A DNA stretch of 64,000 bases from assembly GCA_041906765.1 (NCBI GenBank), contig JAYRIP010000003.1:94760-158759 (forward strand), in the 5' to 3' direction. Below are positions 19,690-30,566 of the stretch, one piece after another (positions within the stretch are counted from its first letter, which is position 1; every line of letters begins with the position of its first letter). This DNA is from Candidatus Saccharimonadales bacterium (GTDB lineage Bacteria; Patescibacteriota; Saccharimonadia; Saccharimonadales; JAYRRP01). Below the pieces are notes generated by a model. It saw only the letters and a list, made by a program, of their open reading frames with translations. It did not search any database and had not been told where the DNA came from. Position numbers and translations under genes: made by a program.

Positions 19690-21777
19690 ATGGTAAATAA
19701 AAAATACGCACTGGATAAGATACGAAATATTGGCATTATTGCACATATTGATGCAGGTAAAACTACTACGACGGAAGGAATTCTCTACCGGACTGGTCTA
19801 AAGCACAAAATTGGTGCAGTTCACGAGGGAGAGACAACGACCGACTGGATGGCCCAGGAGCGTGAACGAGGCATTACAATTGTCTCTGCAGCGGTATCGT
19901 GCTATTGGAAAGACCACCAAATTAACATCATTGATACTCCCGGACATATAGATTTTACCGTTGAAGTAGAGCGGTCATTACGTGTCTTGGACGGTGCGGT
20001 AGTGGTGTTTGATGGCAAAATGGGCGTCGAAAGCCAGTCTGAAACAGTGTGGCGGCAGGCTGATAAATATGGCGTACCCCGGATTTGTTTTATTAATAAG
20101 ATCAACCAAACAGGCGGAGATTTTTATAAATCACTTGATTCTATCCACCATCGATTAAGTAAACGGGCATTTCCAATCCATCTACCAATCGGTTTCGAGC
20201 AGAGTGTGAACGGCGTGGTGGATCTTATTAGTATGAAAGCCTACACCTACAAAGAATTTACGGACAAAGAACTGATGGAAGGTGAAATTCCCGCTGATCT
20301 TCTTGATAAAGCCAAAAAATATCGCAGCTTGCTTATAGAAAACGCTGTAGCAGAAGATGAAAAAATGCTTGAAAAATATTTTGAAGTTGGCGAAGAGGGC
20401 TTAACAGAGAATGAAATTAGGCAGGCAGTGCGAAGTGCAATTCTGCAAGGTAATTTTTTTGTTGTGACTGGTGGCGATGGACGAGGGGTGATTGTAGAAA
20501 AATTGTTGGATCTCGTGACTGAATTATTGCCAAGCCCGATCGATCGAGGTGCAACGTGGGGAACTCATCCCAAGACTGGAGATAAGGTAGAGCGAAATCC
20601 TGTCGAAGACCAACCCTTCGCTGCCCTGGCCTTTAAAATTGCCACTGACCCGTTTGTGGGTAAGCTTGCATATTTCAGAGTGTACTCAGGTAAACTGCAG
20701 GCTGGCTCATATGTGCTCAATAGTTCGACTGGAGAAAAAGAACGTGTAGGCCGTATCGTCCGTATGCAGGCCGATAAGCGGGAAGATGTGACGGAAGTTG
20801 GGGCTGGTGATATTGCTGCAATTGTAGGCCTTAAAGGTACGACTACCGGTAATACCTTATGTGAGCCAAATAATCCGATTGTTCTAGAAAGCATTACTTT
20901 TCCCGAGCCACCCGTCTCGATTGCGATCGAGCCAAAAACCAAAAGTGACCAGGAAAAGATGTCAACTGCTTTGCAACGCTTAGCCGAAGAAGACCCGACA
21001 TTCAGAATAAAAGTCGACGATGAAACCGGCCAGACTATTATTAGCGGTATGGGTGAATTACACCTTGAAATTATCGTTGACCGGATGAAAAGAGAATTTA
21101 ATGTGGACGCCAACATCGGCCAACCTCAAGTTGCTTATCGCGAAACTATTCGTAAAGAAGGTGTGGAAGCTGAAGGTAAATTTATCCGGCAAACAGGTGG
21201 TCGGGGTCAGTACGGGCACGTCTGGCTACGACTTAGTCAAAATGAAGCCGGCAAAGGGTTTGAATTTATCAATGCTATTAAGGGCGGTGTAGTGCCTAGC
21301 GAATACATCAGTCCCGTCAAGGCCGGTATTGAGGAAGCAATGAGTAACGGCGTCATCGCAGGCTACCCTGTGGTTGATCTCAAGGCAGAATTATATGACG
21401 GTAGCTATCATGAAGTAGATTCATCTGAGATGGCCTTTAAGATTGCGGGCTCTATTGCGCTTCAGGAAGGCGTAAAGCGTGCTGCACCAGTACTTTTGGA
21501 GCCAATCATGAAAGTAGTGGTGGTTACACCCGAAGAATTTATGGGTGACGTTATAGGCGACTTAAATTCCAAAAGGGGCCGTATTGAGCTTATGGAAGAT
21601 CTAAATCCCGGTGTGAAGGAAGTTACCGCCTATGTCCCGTTGGGTGAAATGTTTGGTTACACTACTAATCTTCGCAGCATGACCCAAGGCCGAGCAAGCT
21701 CCAGCATGGAACTTGACCACTATCAAGATGTACCAGCTAACGTTGCTGAAACTATAATCGCAAAAAGTAGTAAATAG
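19690..21777 (+). CDS. fusA: Elongation factor G
   Basis: 695 aa. G-domain motifs [17 protein letters not shown] and NKIN. Five-domain EF-G architecture. Confidence 0.97.
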   Translation: MVNKKYALDKIRNIGIIAHIDAGKTTTTEGILYRTGLKHKIGAVHEGETTTDWMAQERERGITIVSAAVSCYWKDHQINIIDTPGHIDFTVEVERSLRVLDGAVVVFDGKMGVESQSETVWRQADKYGVPRICFINKINQTGGDFYKSLDSIHHRLSKRAFPIHLPIGFEQSVNGVVDLISMKAYTYKEFTDKELMEGEIPADLLDKAKKYRSLLIENAVAEDEKMLEKYFEVGEEGLTENEIRQAVRSAILQGNFFVVTGGDGRGVIVEKLLDLVTELLPSPIDRGATWGTHPKTGDKVERNPVEDQPFAALAFKIATDPFVGKLAYFRVYSGKLQAGSYVLNSSTGEKERVGRIVRMQADKREDVTEVGAGDIAAIVGLKGTTTGNTLCEPNNPIVLESITFPEPPVSIAIEPKTKSDQEKMSTALQRLAEEDPTFRIKVDDETGQTIISGMGELHLEIIVDRMKREFNVDANIGQPQVAYRETIRKEGVEAEGKFIRQTGGRGQYGHVWLRLSQNEAGKGFEFINAIKGGVVPSEYISPVKAGIEEAMSNGVIAGYPVVDLKAELYDGSYHEVDSSEMAFKIAGSIALQEGVKRAAPVLLEPIMKVVVVTPEEFMGDVIGDLNSKRGRIELMEDLNPGVKEVTAYVPLGEMFGYTTNLRSMTQGRASSSMELDHYQDVPANVAETIIAKSSK

Positions 21778-21787
21778 ATTTTTACCA

Positions 21788-22111
21788 ATGTTGGGCAAAG
21801 AAAAAGATATTAGCATTGAAATAGATTGCCCTCAGAGCTGCGGCCGCTTCTGTAATCCAGGAGAAGTTGCGCGCGCAGCAGTTGTGCGCCAGATTGAGGA
21901 CATCAGCCAGACAACACCGATAGAAGTTGCACAGGCTGTAGAAGTAAACGCTCAGTTTCGTTGTGAGGGACCATACCAGGATCTTTCGGAGAGCACACTC
22001 AAGACACGCTGCGGGATGAAGATCATTAGCCTTACCTTTTATGGTAATGACTCTGTTGATCCATTGGCAGCTTATGAATATACACCGATAACGAATACCC
22101 GCCAGGCTTAA
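21788..22111 (+). CDS. Hypothetical Cys-containing protein inserted between fusA and tuf
   Basis: 107-aa ORF starting 10 nt after the fusA stop. Contains a CPQSCGRFC (C-x3-C-x3-C) cluster plus two more Cys. No domain recognised. Confidence 0.45.
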   Translation: MLGKEKDISIEIDCPQSCGRFCNPGEVARAAVVRQIEDISQTTPIEVAQAVEVNAQFRCEGPYQDLSESTLKTRCGMKIISLTFYGNDSVDPLAAYEYTPITNTRQA

Positions 22112-22152
22112 CTCCGTAGGTTTCCCTCGCTACTCACATAAGATGGGTACTA

Positions 22153-22181
22153 TTTACAAAAGAGAAGATGTTCTCTATAAT
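22153..22181 (+). promoter_or_regulatory. Sigma-70-type promoter upstream of tuf
   Basis: TTTACA (22153-22158), 17-nt spacer, TATAAT (22176-22181), about 70 nt upstream of the tuf ATG. Confidence 0.5.
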
Positions 22182-22252
22182 GCCGCAGTAATTCGTGTGA
22201 GTTGAACTTTTACTCATGCAAAAATTATCATTAAATCAGGAGAAGCATACCA

Positions 22253-23437
22253 ATGGCAGAAAATTTTGATAGGAGTAAACCACATGTTAACGTCGGCACT
22301 ATGGGCCACGTGGACCATGGCAAAACAACGCTAACCGCCGCTATCACAGCAGTACTAGCAAAGCGATTGCCGAGTAATGTCAACAAGCCAATTGCTTATG
22401 ACCAAATCGACAATGCACCAGAAGAAAAAGCCCGTGGCATCACCATCGCTACGTCGCACCAGGAATATGAGAGTGAGAAACGTCACTATGCGCACGTGGA
22501 CATGCCCGGACACGCCGATTACGTAAAAAACATGATCACTGGCGCAGCGCAAGTGGATGGCGCTATTTTGGTAGTTTCGGCTGCCGACGGCCCAATGCCG
22601 CAAACACGGGAGCATGTCTTACTCGCAAAGCAGGTTGGTGTTCCTTCTATTCTTGTCTTTATGAACAAAATGGACCTAGCTGATCCAGAACTCGTCGAAC
22701 TCGTCGAAATGGATATTCGTGAGCTTTTGAAGAAATATGACTTTGATGAGAATGCGCCAATTATTAAAGGTTCTGCTACTAAAGCGCTTGAAGGTGACAA
22801 AGAGAACGAAGATGCCGTTATGGAGCTGGTGAAAGCTATGGACGAGTATATTCCAGAGCCGAAGCGTGATCTCGACAAGCCTTTCTTGATGCCAGTTGAA
22901 GATGTATTCTCGATCAAAGGACGCGGCACGGTCGCAACCGGACGGGTTGAGCAAGGTGTGGTAAAAGTAAACGACGAAGTGGAAATTGTTGGTATCCGCG
23001 ACACACATAAAAGCGTCGTCACAGGTGTAGAGATGTTCAAGAAGAACCTGGATCAGGGACAGGCTGGTGATAATGTCGGTGTCCTACTGCGAGGCATTGA
23101 ACGTGATGACATTGAGCGTGGACAAGTTCTGGCAAAGCCGGGTTCTATCACGCCACACACTGAATTTGAAAGCGAAGTATACGTACTCACCAAAGAAGAA
23201 GGTGGTCGTCATACGCCATTCTTTAAGGGCTACAAACCACAATTTTACTTCCGTACCACTGATGTTACGGGTGAAGTTGAACTGCCTGCTGATAAAGAAA
23301 TGGTTATGCCGGGTGACACCGTTACCTTTAAAGTGAAATTACTTGCTCCTATTGCTATGGAACAAGGTTTGCGTTTTGCTATTCGCGAGGGTGGTCGCAC
23401 CGTAGGTGCCGGCGTGGTTACAAAGATTAACAAGTAA
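22253..23437 (+). CDS. tuf: Elongation factor Tu
   Basis: 394 aa. Motifs [18 protein letters not shown] and NKMD. Confidence 0.98.
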   Translation: MAENFDRSKPHVNVGTMGHVDHGKTTLTAAITAVLAKRLPSNVNKPIAYDQIDNAPEEKARGITIATSHQEYESEKRHYAHVDMPGHADYVKNMITGAAQVDGAILVVSAADGPMPQTREHVLLAKQVGVPSILVFMNKMDLADPELVELVEMDIRELLKKYDFDENAPIIKGSATKALEGDKENEDAVMELVKAMDEYIPEPKRDLDKPFLMPVEDVFSIKGRGTVATGRVEQGVVKVNDEVEIVGIRDTHKSVVTGVEMFKKNLDQGQAGDNVGVLLRGIERDDIERGQVLAKPGSITPHTEFESEVYVLTKEEGGRHTPFFKGYKPQFYFRTTDVTGEVELPADKEMVMPGDTVTFKVKLLAPIAMEQGLRFAIREGGRTVGAGVVTKINK

Positions 23438-23459
23438 CAGTAACCAAACAGTTTGAATC

Positions 23460-23492
23460 AAGGGAGCGAGCAAATCGTTCCCTTTTCTTTTT
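23460..23492 (+). terminator. Rho-independent terminator after tuf
   Basis: Stem GGGAGCGA / TCGTTCCC (one G-U pair), loop GCAAA, followed by TTTTCTTTTT. Confidence 0.65.
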
Positions 23493-23600
23493 GTAAGGAA
23501 TGTTATAAAATTAGTCGGTAAATTAATCGTGATGACTAAAAGTCGCTGATTTTGTTCTATATAACGTTTCAGAGATGTTACATCACAAAAGGAGCAACTA

Positions 23601-23948
23601 ATGGCTGAGGATAAGAAGCCTGCTGTGAAGCCAGAAGCAAGTACAAACCAACGGATCCGCATCCGCTTAAAGGCATATGACCATAAAGTAATTGATCAGT
23701 CTGCCAAACAGATTGTCGATACAGCCCTGAGGACAGGCGCCACCATTGCTGGCCCTATCCCTTTGCCTACAAAACGCACCGTCTATACGGTAGTTAAAAG
23801 TCCGCATGTATACAAAAAGGGCCGAGAACAGTTCGAAATGAGAGTGCACAAACGCTTGATTGACGTGCTGGAACCAACTCCAAAAACCATTGATAGCCTT
23901 ATGAACCTTAGCTTACCCGCCGGCTGCGACGCCGAAATTAAAATGTAA
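23601..23948 (+). CDS. rpsJ: 30S ribosomal protein S10 (short N-terminal extension)
   Basis: 115 aa. Motifs [21 protein letters not shown] and [23 protein letters not shown]. Confidence 0.96.
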   Translation: MAEDKKPAVKPEASTNQRIRIRLKAYDHKVIDQSAKQIVDTALRTGATIAGPIPLPTKRTVYTVVKSPHVYKKGREQFEMRVHKRLIDVLEPTPKTIDSLMNLSLPAGCDAEIKM

Positions 23949-23984
23949 CGACTACAAGCCGGTCCTTGCACATAAGCGAAATGT

Positions 23985-24284
23985 GTGAGCTTTTGGTATG
24001 ATACTCTCATGAGACGCCATCGTTCAGCACGCCTGACGGCAAAACAATCGGATGGGACGTTTGTTTTAAAAGTGCTGCTCTACATTATTGTTGGTTCTCA
24101 GTGGCTATATATTACCAGCCCTGAAAGAAGTCAACAGTATCCTATTCCGATAGGTCTTGTTATCGGATTATTCTTTGCCTCTCATGAGCATTTCAAGTTA
24201 GACCGTAAAATAGAATATGCCGTGCTTTTGGCGGCTATGTTCATAGGCTTTTGGCTGCCCATGGGTATAAACGTAGTCCGATAG
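23985..24284 (+). CDS. Hypothetical small membrane protein
   Basis: 99-aa ORF (GTG start; downstream ATGs are possible) with 2-3 hydrophobic segments. It lies between rpsJ and rplC. Confidence 0.4.
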   Translation: MSFWYDTLMRRHRSARLTAKQSDGTFVLKVLLYIIVGSQWLYITSPERSQQYPIPIGLVIGLFFASHEHFKLDRKIEYAVLLAAMFIGFWLPMGINVVR

Positions 24285-24290
24285 AATTGT

Positions 24291-24836
24291 TCAATGATCA
24301 CCTTTGCCTAACTCTAGCATCAATGAACCGATTTGCTTAGTCATCAATATCGATCTTGGTATTGCTTCTAAAAACCGTGCCATTCGTACACCGGGATGTT
24401 GATGATCTCCTGCAGGCATAGTGAGAAAGAATCTGCTGTAGTCAGCTCTTTTAGCTGCGAAATAGTTTTTTAGTTGATCATCTACGAAGGCTGCTTCCTC
24501 TGGTTCAACCTTGTGTCTTAAGGTAGCGTACTGAAGCATCTGCGGACTGGGTTTTTTATCAAAGCCCAAAGCGGGTGATATGATTTCGTCAACTTGAGGC
24601 AGTTGTGATTCCACTTCATCCAGAAATCCTTGATCTCTATTGTTGGTGATCAATGCAATCTTTACTCCGTGTGTTGCTATTTCTCCGATTTGTTTGGCTG
24701 CCGAGGGAAAAATCTCGGGGTTATGGTAGTCCGTCAGGACGTTCTCTATGTCCACACCAATCATTTTGATTCCATTTGCGTGAATATCGTCGATAACATT
24801 TATGTCAGTAAATTGTTCTCTGTAGATTGTTTTCAT
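24291..24836 (-). CDS. HAD-superfamily phosphatase (YqeG-like subfamily IIIA)
   Basis: 181 aa. Motif I-like IGVDIENVLT, ALITNN, KKPSP and FVDDQ. Antisense to the surrounding ribosomal genes. Confidence 0.7.
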   Translation of the reverse strand: MKTIYREQFTDINVIDDIHANGIKMIGVDIENVLTDYHNPEIFPSAAKQIGEIATHGVKIALITNNRDQGFLDEVESQLPQVDEIISPALGFDKKPSPQMLQYATLRHKVEPEEAAFVDDQLKNYFAAKRADYSRFFLTMPAGDHQHPGVRMARFLEAIPRSILMTKQIGSLMLELGKGDH

Positions 24837-25115
24837 TTAGTTATCCCAAAAAATTATATTTTTAAGATATCATTAAGAGACGTTAAAGGCGAATTTAGTC
24901 AGCCACAAAGTTTCATTAATTAATTTGAAGTAGAATAGACAACAGCTTGACAGATATAGGAGTCAACTGCTACCCTATAATGGTATATTGAAAAGTGCGT
25001 GTGGTTGTAACGTAGGTCTGCCGAACATTAACGGGGGTAGAAACTGCGGGACAACCATTATTGTAAAAGTTTGTCACTTTTCACTTACCACACAAACTAA
25101 TAAAGGCCTACCACT

Positions 25116-25730
25116 TTGAAAGCATTTATCGGTCGTAAGATCGGCATGACAAGCACCATCAATGAGGACGGAGCCGTAAAGGCACTGACGGTATTGGCTG
25201 TGGAACCAAACACGGTAACCGCAATTAGAACGATGGATACCAATGGCTATGCAGCGGTTCAGCTGGCTACCGGTAAAAAACGCCTTAGTAAGGCGGTGCT
25301 GAGCCAATTTAAATCAAGCAAGCTAAGTCCTAAACATGTAAAAGAATTTCGCTTGAGTGTGCCAGATACTGCGCCGGAAGTTGGTAAAACACTACACGTT
25401 GACGAAGTGTTCGAAGTCGGTGATGTAGTGAAGGTAACCGCTACCTCCAAAGGAAAAGGGTTTGCTGGTACTATCAAACGTCATGGATTTCACCGTGGCC
25501 GTAAAACACATGGTGGCCGCAGCTATCGACGTCCAGGTTCAATTGGATCTATGTATCCACAAAAGATTTTTAAAGGTAAAAAGATGTCCGGGCAGATGGG
25601 CAGTAGTCAGGTGACGGTCCGCAATTTGCGCGTCGAGCTTATTGATCGCGATCTTGGTATTATCGGACTTTCAGGTGCAGTGCCAGGCCCACGTAAGGGC
25701 CTGGTTTTTGTTAGAGGACAAGAATCATGA
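25116..25730 (+). CDS. rplC: 50S ribosomal protein L3
   Basis: TTG start. Motifs MKAFIGRKIGMTS and GKGFAGTIKRHGF. Confidence 0.96.
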   Translation: MKAFIGRKIGMTSTINEDGAVKALTVLAVEPNTVTAIRTMDTNGYAAVQLATGKKRLSKAVLSQFKSSKLSPKHVKEFRLSVPDTAPEVGKTLHVDEVFEVGDVVKVTATSKGKGFAGTIKRHGFHRGRKTHGGRSYRRPGSIGSMYPQKIFKGKKMSGQMGSSQVTVRNLRVELIDRDLGIIGLSGAVPGPRKGLVFVRGQES

Positions 25731-26395
25731 GTGTGCTTACCTACACAAAAACCGGCAATAAGGCGACCGCCAGCACCAAGCTTCACAAGGATGTGTTCGG
25801 CGTTGAGGTAGTTAACCACGAACTATTAAAGAAAGCTTACGTGGCTTATCTCGCCAACGGACGCAAAAACTTGGCCAAAACCAAGACACGAGGGGAAGTT
25901 CGAGGCGGTGGCAAAAAACCATGGCGGCAAAAGGGTACGGGACGGGCACGATTTGGTTCTACCCGAAACCCCATTTGGACAGGGGGCGGTATTACCTTTG
26001 GCCCGACCGGACATGAAAACTATACGCAGCATCTGCCAAAAAGCCTTAAGCGGCGCGCACTTAGGCAGGCACTTTCTACGGCTGCAAAAAATAATCGTAT
26101 TAAGGTAGTGGAAACATTTGTTTCAATGGATGGAAAAACTGCGGATATGGTGAAGTTCTTGGATAAGGTTGAAGCCAGAGGCCGAATCCTAGCAGTGGTT
26201 AGTCGGAAAGATGTAACAAAAGAGCGAGCAACGCAGAATATTCCGAGTCTAAACGTAGTCTCAGCGCTTTATGTCAATGTGTATGACGTGATGAACGCCG
26301 ATACTATTCTTATTAGCCAGAAAGCACTAGCAATCCTTACCGAGTGGCTTTTAGCTGCCAACACTACTATCAAGAAGGGAGCAAAACATGAATAA
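25727..26395 (+). CDS. rplD: 50S ribosomal protein L4
   Basis: Motif GGGKKPWRQKGTGRARFGSTRNPIW. In operon order. Confidence 0.96.
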   Translation: MSVLTYTKTGNKATASTKLHKDVFGVEVVNHELLKKAYVAYLANGRKNLAKTKTRGEVRGGGKKPWRQKGTGRARFGSTRNPIWTGGGITFGPTGHENYTQHLPKSLKRRALRQALSTAAKNNRIKVVETFVSMDGKTADMVKFLDKVEARGRILAVVSRKDVTKERATQNIPSLNVVSALYVNVYDVMNADTILISQKALAILTEWLLAANTTIKKGAKHE

Positions 26396-26759
26396 ACCTA
26401 CAACCCTGCTTCCTAAGATGAGTGAAAAGGCATACGGCCAAAGCAAGGAAACCAATACATACGTGTTTGAGGTGCCACTTTCGCTGAATAAACAAGACAT
26501 TGCAAAAAGCGTTGCAGAAACTTTTGAAGTGATAGTTACCGGTGTACGTGTAGCTGTTATCAAGGGAAAACAAAAGCAATCTTACCGTAAGCGCCTACGG
26601 CCACGGACAGGACAACGCCGCACTGTGAAGAAGGCTTATGTGAGCGTAAAAGCTGGGCAGACTATTCCCATCTTTGCTGCGATTGATGAAGCTGAAGAGA
26701 AGGCCGAAAAATCTAAAGCGAAAGCCGAGAAAAAGGCCAAGAAGGATAAGGAAAAATAG
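26388..26759 (+). CDS. rplW: 50S ribosomal protein L23 (Lys/Glu-rich C-terminal extension)
   Basis: Motif YVFEVPLSLNKQDIAKSVAETFEV. In operon order. Tail EAEEKAEKSKAKAEKKAKKDKEK. Confidence 0.93.
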   Translation: MNKPTTLLPKMSEKAYGQSKETNTYVFEVPLSLNKQDIAKSVAETFEVIVTGVRVAVIKGKQKQSYRKRLRPRTGQRRTVKKAYVSVKAGQTIPIFAAIDEAEEKAEKSKAKAEKKAKKDKEK

Positions 26760-27596
26760 ATGGGTGTGACGACATACAAACCAACTACTCCGGGCAGACG
26801 CGGTATGACCTCCCAGGATATGACTGAAATAACCGCCAAAAAGCCTATCTCGTCCTTGTTGCGTCCAAAACGACGCTCAAATGGCCGCAATAACCAGGGC
26901 AGAATCACCGTGCGGCATAAAGGCGGCGGTGCTCGTAAGTTCTATCGGGTGATAAATTTTAGTCCAACGAGCGGAATGGCTGCAGTTGTAGAGGCTATTG
27001 AATATGACCCCAATCGGTCTGCTCGAATCGCCAGGGTAAAGGATGATAAAGGTATCTATCATTATTTATTGGCCACAAAAGATATGAAAACTGGCCAAAA
27101 AATTGCCATCGGACCTGAGGCTGCAATTGAAACTGGCAACCGTCTACCACTGGCAAATATCCCTGTCGGCACCTCGTTACATGCTATTGAAGTTCAGCCT
27201 GGTAAAGGTGCTCAGCTGGTGCGGAGCGCAGGCAACAGTGCACAACTTGTTGCTAAGGACGAAAAATATGCGCAAGTACGGTTACCAAGTGGTGAAGTGC
27301 GACTCGTCTTGCTTACTTGCCAAGCAAGCCTGGGAGTGGTGGGCAATGAGCAACATCAGAACATTAAGGTTGGTAAAGCGGGGCGAAATCGCCGAAAAGG
27401 CATACGACCAACCGTACGTGGTGTAGTGATGAATGCTGCCGACCATCCTCACGGTGGTGGTGACGGCGGCCGTCACGGAACTGCCAAGGATCCACGAACT
27501 CCTTGGGGCCAGAAGACTCTCGGATATAAAACCCGCCGACGTAAAAGTACCGATAAATTTATCATGAAGAATCGTCGGGCAGCAAAGAGAAGGTAA
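26760..27596 (+). CDS. rplB: 50S ribosomal protein L2
   Basis: Motif MNAADHPHGGGDGG. 278 aa. Confidence 0.97.
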   Translation: MGVTTYKPTTPGRRGMTSQDMTEITAKKPISSLLRPKRRSNGRNNQGRITVRHKGGGARKFYRVINFSPTSGMAAVVEAIEYDPNRSARIARVKDDKGIYHYLLATKDMKTGQKIAIGPEAAIETGNRLPLANIPVGTSLHAIEVQPGKGAQLVRSAGNSAQLVAKDEKYAQVRLPSGEVRLVLLTCQASLGVVGNEQHQNIKVGKAGRNRRKGIRPTVRGVVMNAADHPHGGGDGGRHGTAKDPRTPWGQKTLGYKTRRRKSTDKFIMKNRRAAKRR

Positions 27597-27605
27597 AGGA
27601 TTACT

Positions 27606-27881
27606 ATGAGCCGATCACTAAAAAAAGGACCATTCGTAAACCCAAAGCTGGCAAAGAAAGTAACAGCACTGGGTAGTGAAGACCGCACTATTATTAAGAC
27701 GTGGGCCCGCTCCTCGTCAATTGCACCAGAATTTGTTGGCCGAACTATTGCTGTCCATAACGGTAAAGTGCATGTACCGGTGTTCATTACAGAGAATATG
27801 GTGGGACACAAACTTGGAGAGTTTGCACCTACGCGTAAATTCCGTTCACACGGCGGTAAGCTTGCAAAAGGGAAGAGATAA
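27606..27881 (+). CDS. rpsS: 30S ribosomal protein S19
   Basis: [15 protein letters not shown] and [14 protein letters not shown]. Confidence 0.97.
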   Translation: MSRSLKKGPFVNPKLAKKVTALGSEDRTIIKTWARSSSIAPEFVGRTIAVHNGKVHVPVFITENMVGHKLGEFAPTRKFRSHGGKLAKGKR

Positions 27882-27883
27882 GC

Positions 27884-28285
27884 ATGAATAAGACTGCCCA
27901 CGCTACTGCAAAAGGAATTAGGATGAGTCCACGGAAAGTAGGCGTAGTGGCTTCATTGGTGCGAGGGAGAACAGTGACAGATGCCTTGACTATACTCGAT
28001 CACACCCCGCGTCGAGCTAGCCTGCCTATGAAGAAAGTTATCGAGAGTGTTCGTGCAAATGCTGATTATAATCATAAAATGAAGACCGAAACACTTACTA
28101 TCCGCGAAATTTCAGTTACACCAGGACCCAGACTAAAGAGACACCGACCAGCTGCACGTGGTCGTGCCTTGCCTTACCAAAAGCGAACCTCTCATATCCG
28201 AGTGGTAGTCGATGGTGAAGTCCGCACACCTAAACCCGCTGCGTCTAAAGACAAGACAGCTAACCAGAAGAGGGCCAAAAAATGA
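27884..28285 (+). CDS. rplV: 50S ribosomal protein L22
   Basis: IRMSPRKVGVVASLVRGRTV. In operon order. Confidence 0.95.
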   Translation: MNKTAHATAKGIRMSPRKVGVVASLVRGRTVTDALTILDHTPRRASLPMKKVIESVRANADYNHKMKTETLTIREISVTPGPRLKRHRPAARGRALPYQKRTSHIRVVVDGEVRTPKPAASKDKTANQKRAKK

Positions 28286-28313
28286 GTGTTAGTCACCGGA
28301 GCGAGGTATAACC

Positions 28314-28943
28314 ATGGGTCAAAAAGTTAATCCTATCAGTATGCGTTTGCAGGTAAACAAGGACTGGCGAAGCAAATGGTTTGCTAACAAGAGAGAATAT
28401 GCCACTTATTTATCACAGGATCTAGCTGTGCGTAGATTAATTCAGTCAAAGTTAGGTTCTCGCGCTGCAATCAACAAAGTAGATATCGAACGCTCACCAA
28501 ACCTGGTTACTGTGACCGTGAGTACAGCCAAAGCAGGAGTTGTTATTGGCCGTGGTGGTAGTGGTGCACAGGATCTAAAAACTGCTATTGAAAAGACTTA
28601 CGGTGTGCCGGTCAGGTTAAATATTGAAGAAATAAAGAAACCTGAGTTGTATGCAAAATTAGTAGCTGAGAACATTGCCTATCAACTTGAGCGTCGCATT
28701 TCCTTCCGAAGAGCCGTTAAAGCTGCAGCTGCTAATACAATGAGAGTTGGCGCGAAGGGAATACGGATTGAAGTTTCAGGACGCCTAAATGGGGCGGAAA
28801 TGTCGAGGCGCGAAAAAGAAGTAGCTGGCAGTGTACCCTTACATACGCTAAGGGCCGACATTGACTATGCGCAAATTGATGCCAAAACTGTCGCCGGTAT
28901 CGTTGGCGTCAAGGTATGGATATATAAAGGCGAGGTTGCATAA
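28314..28943 (+). CDS. rpsC: 30S ribosomal protein S3
   Basis: MGQKVNPISMRL and the KH-domain pattern VIGRGGSG. Confidence 0.97.
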   Translation: MGQKVNPISMRLQVNKDWRSKWFANKREYATYLSQDLAVRRLIQSKLGSRAAINKVDIERSPNLVTVTVSTAKAGVVIGRGGSGAQDLKTAIEKTYGVPVRLNIEEIKKPELYAKLVAENIAYQLERRISFRRAVKAAAANTMRVGAKGIRIEVSGRLNGAEMSRREKEVAGSVPLHTLRADIDYAQIDAKTVAGIVGVKVWIYKGEVA

Positions 28944-28946
28944 GAT

Positions 28947-29360
28947 ATGTTGATGCCGAAAAAGACTAAATACCGCAAAGTTCGCAAAGGAAGAATCACC
29001 GGTGTTGCCAGCAGTGGAAACACTATTGCTTTTGGTGATTTTGCTTTGCAGGCACAAGGGCAGGAGCGAATAACTTCACGTCAAATCGAGGCAGCGAGAC
29101 AAGCAATGACCCGACACATCAAGCGTGGTGGCAAAATATGGATAAGAGTATTTCCGCACACGCCCGTAACAAGAAAACCTCAAGATGTGAAAATGGGTAG
29201 TGGTAAGGGTAATCCGGAGTTTTTTGTTGCCAAGGTTCGTCCCGGTACCATCTTATTTGAAATGCAAGGTATTGCTGAGCCAGTAGCACGCGAAGCTATG
29301 CGATTAGCTGCCCACAAATTGCCGATAAAGACAAAGTTCTTGGCAAAGGAGGATATGTAA
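28947..29360 (+). CDS. rplP: 50S ribosomal protein L16
   Basis: [16 protein letters not shown] and [10 protein letters not shown]. Confidence 0.97.
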   Translation: MLMPKKTKYRKVRKGRITGVASSGNTIAFGDFALQAQGQERITSRQIEAARQAMTRHIKRGGKIWIRVFPHTPVTRKPQDVKMGSGKGNPEFFVAKVRPGTILFEMQGIAEPVAREAMRLAAHKLPIKTKFLAKEDM

Positions 29361-29560
29361 TGAAAATCGTAGAAATCCGTAAACTATCCACCTCAGAACT
29401 TACACATCAAAGCACTAAGTTAAGGGAAGAAATCAGTGATCTTAGGCGACGGGTCCATATGGGTGAAATGCAAAATGTCCGAGTCATTCGACATAAGCGA
29501 AAGGACCTGGCCCGTATACTCACTGTATTGAGCGAACAATTGTCGAAGGAGACTGCATAA
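29360..29560 (+). CDS. rpmC: 50S ribosomal protein L29
   Basis: 66 aa. Motif EIRKLSTSELTHQSTKLREEISDLR. In operon order. Confidence 0.93.
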   Translation: MKIVEIRKLSTSELTHQSTKLREEISDLRRRVHMGEMQNVRVIRHKRKDLARILTVLSEQLSKETA

Positions 29561-29868
29561 TGCCCCGTCAAATTACTGGAATCGTTACGTCTGATAAAGG
29601 CGACAAAACAATTGTTGTCAGTGTGCACACGCGCAAAACTCACCCGCTGTACCGAAAGCAATATACCGTCACGAAGAAATTTATGGCCCATGATGAGAAA
29701 AATCAGGCGCAACAAGGTGACACTGTTTCTATTATCGAATCCAAACCATTAAGTGCACGGAAGCGTTTTGTCTTAAAAAATATTGAACAACGTGCTGCCA
29801 TTCGGCAAAAAGACAGTGTTGAGGCAATCACTAAGGAGAAAGAGACTGCCGAGGAGAAGACTGAATGA
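29560..29868 (+). CDS. rpsQ: 30S ribosomal protein S17
   Basis: [14 protein letters not shown] and HPLYRK. In operon order. Confidence 0.94.
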   Translation: MPRQITGIVTSDKGDKTIVVSVHTRKTHPLYRKQYTVTKKFMAHDEKNQAQQGDTVSIIESKPLSARKRFVLKNIEQRAAIRQKDSVEAITKEKETAEEKTE

Positions 29869-30233
29869 TACAGCAGGAATCTAGGCTACTAGTGTGTGAT
29901 AACAGTGGCGCAAAGGAGCTGTTGTGCATTCGTGTACTGGGCGGGACAAGACGTCGGTATGCAAGAGTAGGCGATGTCATTGTAGCAACAGTGAAACAGG
30001 CAAACCCAAGCGGCAACATCAAGAAAAAGTCAGTGATTCGAGCCGTTGTGGTTAGGACGCGCCAGCCGCTCAAGCGACGTGATGGTTCTACGATAACGTT
30101 TGACGACAATGCCGCCGTGGTAATTGGCGAAGACAAACTGCCCAAGGCTACACGTATTTTTGGTCCTGTGCCACGAGAGTTACGTGACTTGGGCTATCAC
30201 AAGATAATTAGTCTTGCGCCGGAGGTACTATAA
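29865..30233 (+). CDS. rplN: 50S ribosomal protein L14
   Basis: [18 protein letters not shown]. Confidence 0.97.
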   Translation: MIQQESRLLVCDNSGAKELLCIRVLGGTRRRYARVGDVIVATVKQANPSGNIKKKSVIRAVVVRTRQPLKRRDGSTITFDDNAAVVIGEDKLPKATRIFGPVPRELRDLGYHKIISLAPEVL

Positions 30234-30566
30234 ATGAACAATGTATACAAAATTCGGCTTAAAAAAGGCGACACGGTAATAGTGAGGTCCGGTAAGGATA
30301 AGGGAAAGACTGGCAAGGTGCTTGCGACACATCCACGTCTAAATAAGGTCACAGTAGAAGGTGTCAATATTGCCAAGCGCCATATCAAACCCAACAAGCA
30401 AAACCCTCAAGGTGCTATCAGTGAGATCACTAAACCCATTTGGGTATCAAAGGTGAGCATTGTTGACCACAATACCAAGAAACCGTCACGGATAGCTTAT
30501 GCATTTGGCAAAGATGGCAAAAAGATACGTGTGTATGCAAAGACCAAGAAAGAGGTTGTCTCATGA
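30234..30566 (+). CDS. rplX: 50S ribosomal protein L24
   Basis: KOW motif KKGDTVIVRSGKDKGKTGKV. Confidence 0.95.
   Translation: MNNVYKIRLKKGDTVIVRSGKDKGKTGKVLATHPRLNKVTVEGVNIAKRHIKPNKQNPQGAISEITKPIWVSKVSIVDHNTKKPSRIAYAFGKDGKKIRVYAKTKKEVVS

Noticed and set aside
11847-23662. Many minus-strand ORFs inside rpoB, rpoC, fusA and tuf, for example 17006-17449, 20565-21116, 22519-23040 and 23339-23662.
   Set aside because: All are antisense to highly conserved genes and give low-complexity Ser/Arg/Ile-rich translations typical of shadow frames.
24947-24981. Perfect TTGACA and TATAAT hexamers upstream of rplC, considered as a single promoter.
   Set aside because: The spacer is 23 nt, which is incompatible with one sigma-70 promoter. 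The hexamers are kept only as a note within the S10-split finding.
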